The notes below the pieces were generated by a model. It searched no databases and was not told the origin of the DNA. It was given only the letters and a program-made list of their open reading frames with translations. Positions 49,024 to 52,791 of a stretch of 52,791 bases of DNA are shown piece after piece. The position numbers were made by a program, and so were the translations under genes. Origin of the DNA: Fibrobacterales bacterium (GTDB lineage: Bacteria; Fibrobacterota; Fibrobacteria; Fibrobacterales; JAOPTW01); NCBI GenBank assembly GCA_051532035.1, contig JAOPTW010000025.1, positions 1-52,791 on the forward strand. Reading direction: 5' to 3'. The number at the start of each line of letters is the position of its first letter. Position 1 is the stretch's first letter.

Positions 49024-49335
49024 CTACGACCCTTTTTTAAGCTGTTCAATTTCAGCTTGTAATTCAGCTACTTTCGCTTCAAGATCAGTAAGTCTGCTAG
49101 GGTTCATACTCTCAACACCTTTTTTAAGTTGATCAAACTCACTCTTAACCAACTCTTTAATTTTGCCCCCCTCATCCTCAGCCTTTTGCTTAAGAGTCTC
49201 TAGCATTTTTTTGCCTTCTTCTTCAGAAAGCTCAAAATCTTTGGTCAATTCAGAGACCGTTTGTTCAATTTTCTCTTTTGTAAGGGCAGCCATTCCCACA
49301 CCCGCGAGCATTGCATTTTTAAGGAGTTCTTTCAT
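49024..49335 (-). CDS. Phasin-like small helical protein
   Basis: AMLAGVG.AALTKEK...ELSEEEGKK...LEAKVAEL; typical partner upstream of ABC1 kinases. Confidence 0.7.
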   Translation of the reverse strand: MKELLKNAMLAGVGMAALTKEKIEQTVSELTKDFELSEEEGKKMLETLKQKAEDEGGKIKELVKSEFDQLKKGVESMNPSRLTDLEAKVAELQAEIEQLKKGS

Positions 49336-49419
49336 ACCAACCTCAGGTTTCTCTTATACTATAGTGTACCAATTTTTATTAAAAATGAGGATGGATTATC
49401 CTCAAAAATAGTGGTGTTG

Positions 49420-50181
49420 CTATTTCACCATTCCATATTTCTTCAATATTGCATAGTGTTCATTCGAAAGTTTATTAAGAGTGCTCTGAAATTGGCTTAT
49501 AAGATACTCTGGTGTCCCTTTACTAAAGGCATAAAACTGCTGTGTCTCTTTGATAACGAACACAATAGAGTGCCGCTTGGGGTCAATATTATTCAACGCG
49601 ATATATTGATTAAACCCATCTTCTGTATAGGCAATTGCATCTACTCGGTCCACATTCAGTTTTTTGAAATTCTGCTTTACATCAGGGACCGATTGAAGCC
49701 GGTTTTCATTCACGCCAATCCCTTTGAGCGCATCAATGGTAATATCACCTCGGATAACCCCAATAGAAAGCTTTTGAACTTCCTCCAAGGTAACCCTCTC
49801 AGAGGCATGACTTGATTTCATCACCAGCACTTGCTTAGCCGCAAAGATAGGCCCAACCCATTTAAACATATCGCGCCGTTCTTCTGTCATCCCCATAGTA
49901 AAAAGTACCTGATTCTCTCTTTTTTGAAGATAGCTATATCCGCGAACCCAAGGGAGTACCTGAATAGGCTGTGCCGAATACCCCATTTCTTTCCATAGAG
50001 CGTGTAACAATTCTACAGAAAACCCTTTAAGAACCCCGCTCTCCACATAATTGGCAGGTGCATAATCTTCAGCAATATAGGTAAGGTCCGCAGCAGTTAC
50101 CCTATCACGTTGTTGAGCCCATAAAAATGGGATGTAAATAAAAAGCCCTACTAACAGTAGTGTATAGTTCATTATCTTCAT
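49420..50181 (-). CDS. Extracellular solute-binding protein, family 3
   Basis: EDYAPANY, GFSVELL, LPWVRG, TEERR..FKWVGP, RVDAIA, YAFSKGTP. Confidence 0.85.
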   Translation of the reverse strand: MKIMNYTLLLVGLFIYIPFLWAQQRDRVTAADLTYIAEDYAPANYVESGVLKGFSVELLHALWKEMGYSAQPIQVLPWVRGYSYLQKRENQVLFTMGMTEERRDMFKWVGPIFAAKQVLVMKSSHASERVTLEEVQKLSIGVIRGDITIDALKGIGVNENRLQSVPDVKQNFKKLNVDRVDAIAYTEDGFNQYIALNNIDPKRHSIVFVIKETQQFYAFSKGTPEYLISQFQSTLNKLSNEHYAILKKYGMVK

Positions 50182-50580
50182 ACTATAAGCTTACTATTTT
50201 TACTTTTTTTAAGTAAAAGAAAACCATTGTTCTGATTTTTGTACAACATTAAAATATTTTAGAATTTTTAGTGATGATAAGGTAATTCAGGCCCTTGATT
50301 ACGTTCTAGCCAAAATTTGATTATTTATTGAATAACATCTACTTAAAAGGTAAAGATGTACGATCGTACATCTTTTGGGTGGATATAATTATGGATGACA
50401 AGGTATGTAAAATAAGACCGTACTTTGGTACGGCCAGTTGCGTAATAAATAGCGTAAAAAACTGCATTTTTGGTGGGTATCATTACGGAAGACGAGGCAT
50501 TAAAAATGAAGGCATACTTTAGTACGTCGAGTTTTTATAACGAAAGATTACATAATGAGAGCCATCATAAATTTAGATAC

Positions 50581-50610
50581 AAAAAAAGCCATCTATAAGA
50601 CGGCTTTTTT
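50581..50610 (-). terminator. Terminator downstream of tRNA-Pro
   Basis: AAAAAAAGCC...GGCTTTTTT. Confidence 0.75.
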
Positions 50611-50611
50611 A

Positions 50612-50685
50612 TCGGGGAGACAGGATTCGAACCTACGACCGCCTGTTCCCAAAACAGGTGCTCTACCAGGCTGAGCTACTCCCCG
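50612..50685 (-). tRNA. tRNA-Pro (anticodon UGG), CCA not encoded
   Basis: Minus strand CGGGGAG TAGCTCAGCCTGGTAGAGC A CCTGT TTTGGGA ACAGG CGGTC GTAGG TTCGAAT CCTGT CTCCCCG A folds into a cloverleaf. Confidence 0.97.
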
Positions 50686-50872
50686 GTCGTGGGACAAATA
50701 TATAATTGAATTGGAATTGATTCAAGGGTATAGGGCCGAAATCATGCAAATAATTTAAAAGAATAGCGATTAACTCTATTCACATCATACCATCTTAAAT
50801 GCTTTGTTTAAAATCCACTCCTTGAAATGTGTTTATTTTGTTTTTTTAGATACTTTGTGATACAATTATGGC

Positions 50873-52462
50873 ATGACACCAAACTCTCAAACGTTACACA
50901 GGCAACACATCGAGGAGCGCTCTAGCCCACCTACAAGTAGAAGGCGAGGCTTTATCTATGGCATTTCTTTAGTTCTCTTTTTAACAACAGTGTGTGTCAT
51001 CATATATCTTTCAATAAGCCAACAACTTATAGAGCAACTTCACAACGATGAACATACTCGTTTTAAATCGATTCAATCAAAATTTGATGGTAAAATGAAT
51101 CTTATAGCAACTGAGATCAACTTGATTGTTAATAACTCCCTGACCCCAGAAGCTTTTAACAATGAACCCTTTGCCAAAAAACATCTTACCCTTACTCTGA
51201 AGCAAATATTAGAATCCGACAATGCCTATCTCCAACTCCGTCTATTAGATTCTATGGGCCATGAATTCATTCGCATCAATAAAGCCGGATATCAATCGGG
51301 TACAATAGTTCCCAAAGCTCAGCTTCAAAATAAAGCAAATCGTTTTTACTTTACTAATACATCAACTCTTCCCCCGCAAACCCTCTACCTATCTCCTATT
51401 GACCTCAATATAGAAAATGGAATTATTCAGACGCCCTACCAACCAGTAATCCGCTTTTGTGCCCCCATCTATAACAACCAAAAGAGATTGATAGGTGTTG
51501 CAGTTATAAATTACTCAGGTAATGCACTCTTTGATTTAATATCAAACTCTCAGAGTAACGCCCACCTTCCTCTTGATATCCTCAACAACTCTGGATACTA
51601 CCTATCGAGCCCTGACACAAATCGTACATGGGGGTTTATGTTTCCAGAACGTGAACACCATCGCTATGACTTAAAATACTCTGAAGAGTGGCACAGCATT
51701 GTAACCGAAAGACAAGGAGTTATTCGAAAAACCAATAATCATATTGTATTCTCTGAACTTAAAATACGACTCCCGCGCCCTTTTAGCTCAAGTAGCCATC
51801 ACACGCTCTATGCTCTCTGTATTATTCCGGAAACTACCATAGCAGAGACAACCAATCAATTAATATTTGGCCTGCAAACAGGGTTTATCCTCCTTGGGCC
51901 ACTCCTCTTTTATCTAGGCTGGCGCGTCGGGAATTATCAAGTGCACCAAAAGTGGCTGTTCTCACTCCTAGAGCAAGAGGCAACACACGACCCACTTACA
52001 GGGCTGTATAATAGAAAAGCGCTCTTTGAAGTACTAAAAAAAGCGATGTTTCAAACCATTCGTCGACAATCCTCTCTCTCAGTCTGTTTTATAGACCTCA
52101 ATGACCTTAAAACAATCAATGATAAATTTGGACATAAAATGGGCGATACCATGCTCAAGTTTTGTTCAGAAGCAATCCTCTCAAATATTCGAGTATCAGA
52201 TTCAGCATCACGTATTGGTGGTGATGAATTTGTTATTGTTTTTCCTGACTGTTCAGTTGATAGTGCCGAAATAATTCTCCAAAGAATAGCCGCATCATTT
52301 ACTGCAACGTCTGTTGAAACCCATGGTCACCTCTGGTATATTAGTTATGGATGTACCGAAATGTTTAACGATGACATTCACCCAGAATCTATTATTGACC
52401 GTGCAGATAAACTGATGTATGAGAATAAAAAGCAGAGTAAAGATCAAGTTATCGACTTTTAA
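50873..52462 (+). CDS. Membrane sensor diguanylate cyclase (Cache-like periplasmic domain)
   Basis: Two TM helices; QLRLLD..G.E, QNKANRFYF, SPIDLNIE; HDPLTGLYNR, intact GGDEF, RVSD I-site. Confidence 0.92.
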   Translation: MTPNSQTLHRQHIEERSSPPTSRRRGFIYGISLVLFLTTVCVIIYLSISQQLIEQLHNDEHTRFKSIQSKFDGKMNLIATEINLIVNNSLTPEAFNNEPFAKKHLTLTLKQILESDNAYLQLRLLDSMGHEFIRINKAGYQSGTIVPKAQLQNKANRFYFTNTSTLPPQTLYLSPIDLNIENGIIQTPYQPVIRFCAPIYNNQKRLIGVAVINYSGNALFDLISNSQSNAHLPLDILNNSGYYLSSPDTNRTWGFMFPEREHHRYDLKYSEEWHSIVTERQGVIRKTNNHIVFSELKIRLPRPFSSSSHHTLYALCIIPETTIAETTNQLIFGLQTGFILLGPLLFYLGWRVGNYQVHQKWLFSLLEQEATHDPLTGLYNRKALFEVLKKAMFQTIRRQSSLSVCFIDLNDLKTINDKFGHKMGDTMLKFCSEAILSNIRVSDSASRIGGDEFVIVFPDCSVDSAEIILQRIAASFTATSVETHGHLWYISYGCTEMFNDDIHPESIIDRADKLMYENKKQSKDQVIDF

Positions 52463-52499
52463 TTCTAGTACTACTGATTTCATATATAACTGTGACAAT

Positions 52500-52531
52500 A
52501 AAAAAGCCCATTCATAATACTGAACGGGCTT
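52500..52531 (-). terminator. Terminator after hisD
   Basis: A-tract, AAGCCC...GGGCTT. Confidence 0.65.
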
Positions 52532-52573
52532 GTGTCTGCCTGCATGACAGAAATATGTAAAAATGTACGGTAT

Positions 52574-52791
52574 CTATTTCATTCGCTTCGCAACCGATGC
52601 CGCATGGTGAATAAATCCTTCATCCGTCGCAAGATCAAAAACAAATTTACCATTCTTATCGATCGCTTTTTTGGTGTATTCAATAATAGAAGTACGCTTC
52701 ATGTAATCATACACTCCAAGAGGCGATGAAAAACGCGCCGTTCCATTGGTAGGAAGAACATGATTAGGACCTGCAATATAGTCACCCACTG
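52574..52791 (-). CDS. hisD: Histidinol dehydrogenase, 3' end (runs off window)
   Basis: [29 protein letters not shown]...EG...HA.SV. Confidence 0.95.
   Translation of the reverse strand, partial: VGDYIAGPNHVLPTNGTARFSSPLGVYDYMKRTSIIEYTKKAIDKNGKFVFDLATDEGFIHHAASVAKRMK

Noticed and set aside
49261..49815. 184-aa plus-strand ORF and similar short overlapping ORFs across the window
   Set aside because: Antisense or off-frame shadows of well-supported genes with no recognisable motifs
50612..50685. Genomic island integrated at tRNA-Pro
   Set aside because: No integrase and no duplicated tRNA 3' end seen in the window

Overview
AT-rich bacterial chromosomal window with about 38 CDS and one tRNA-Pro(UGG). 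I saw no transposase, integrase, phage gene, rRNA or CRISPR array. Many Ser-rich-linker lipoproteins, CAZymes, T9SS-like C-terminal tails and recurrent TAnnTTTG promoter boxes suggest an anaerobic polysaccharide-degrading FCB-group bacterium, most likely Fibrobacterota (inference). Main content: a receiver-domain/NuoEF-fusion/[FeFe]-hydrogenase operon, a TonB receptor, an FNR-box hemerythrin gene, a compact GH31 between two paralogous LamG lipoproteins, thrC, an M6 protease, modABC behind a sigma54 promoter, a CBM32-vWA surface protein, GH12, hrpB, GH3, an ADP-ribosylglycohydrolase-family lipoprotein, cstA, a split LTA-synthase-like gene, ubiB-like kinase plus phasin-like gene, a diguanylate cyclase and the 3' end of hisD. 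The best candidate for an undescribed system is at 35.2-37.8 kb: an ECF sigma/anti-sigma pair with three identically spaced TGCAATCA-N14-TCGT promoters, apparently driving itself and a divergent operon of a TlpA thioredoxin flanked by two hidden paralogous exported proteins, one Cys/His-rich and one Cys-free. All family calls come from motif recognition by eye; no searches were run.
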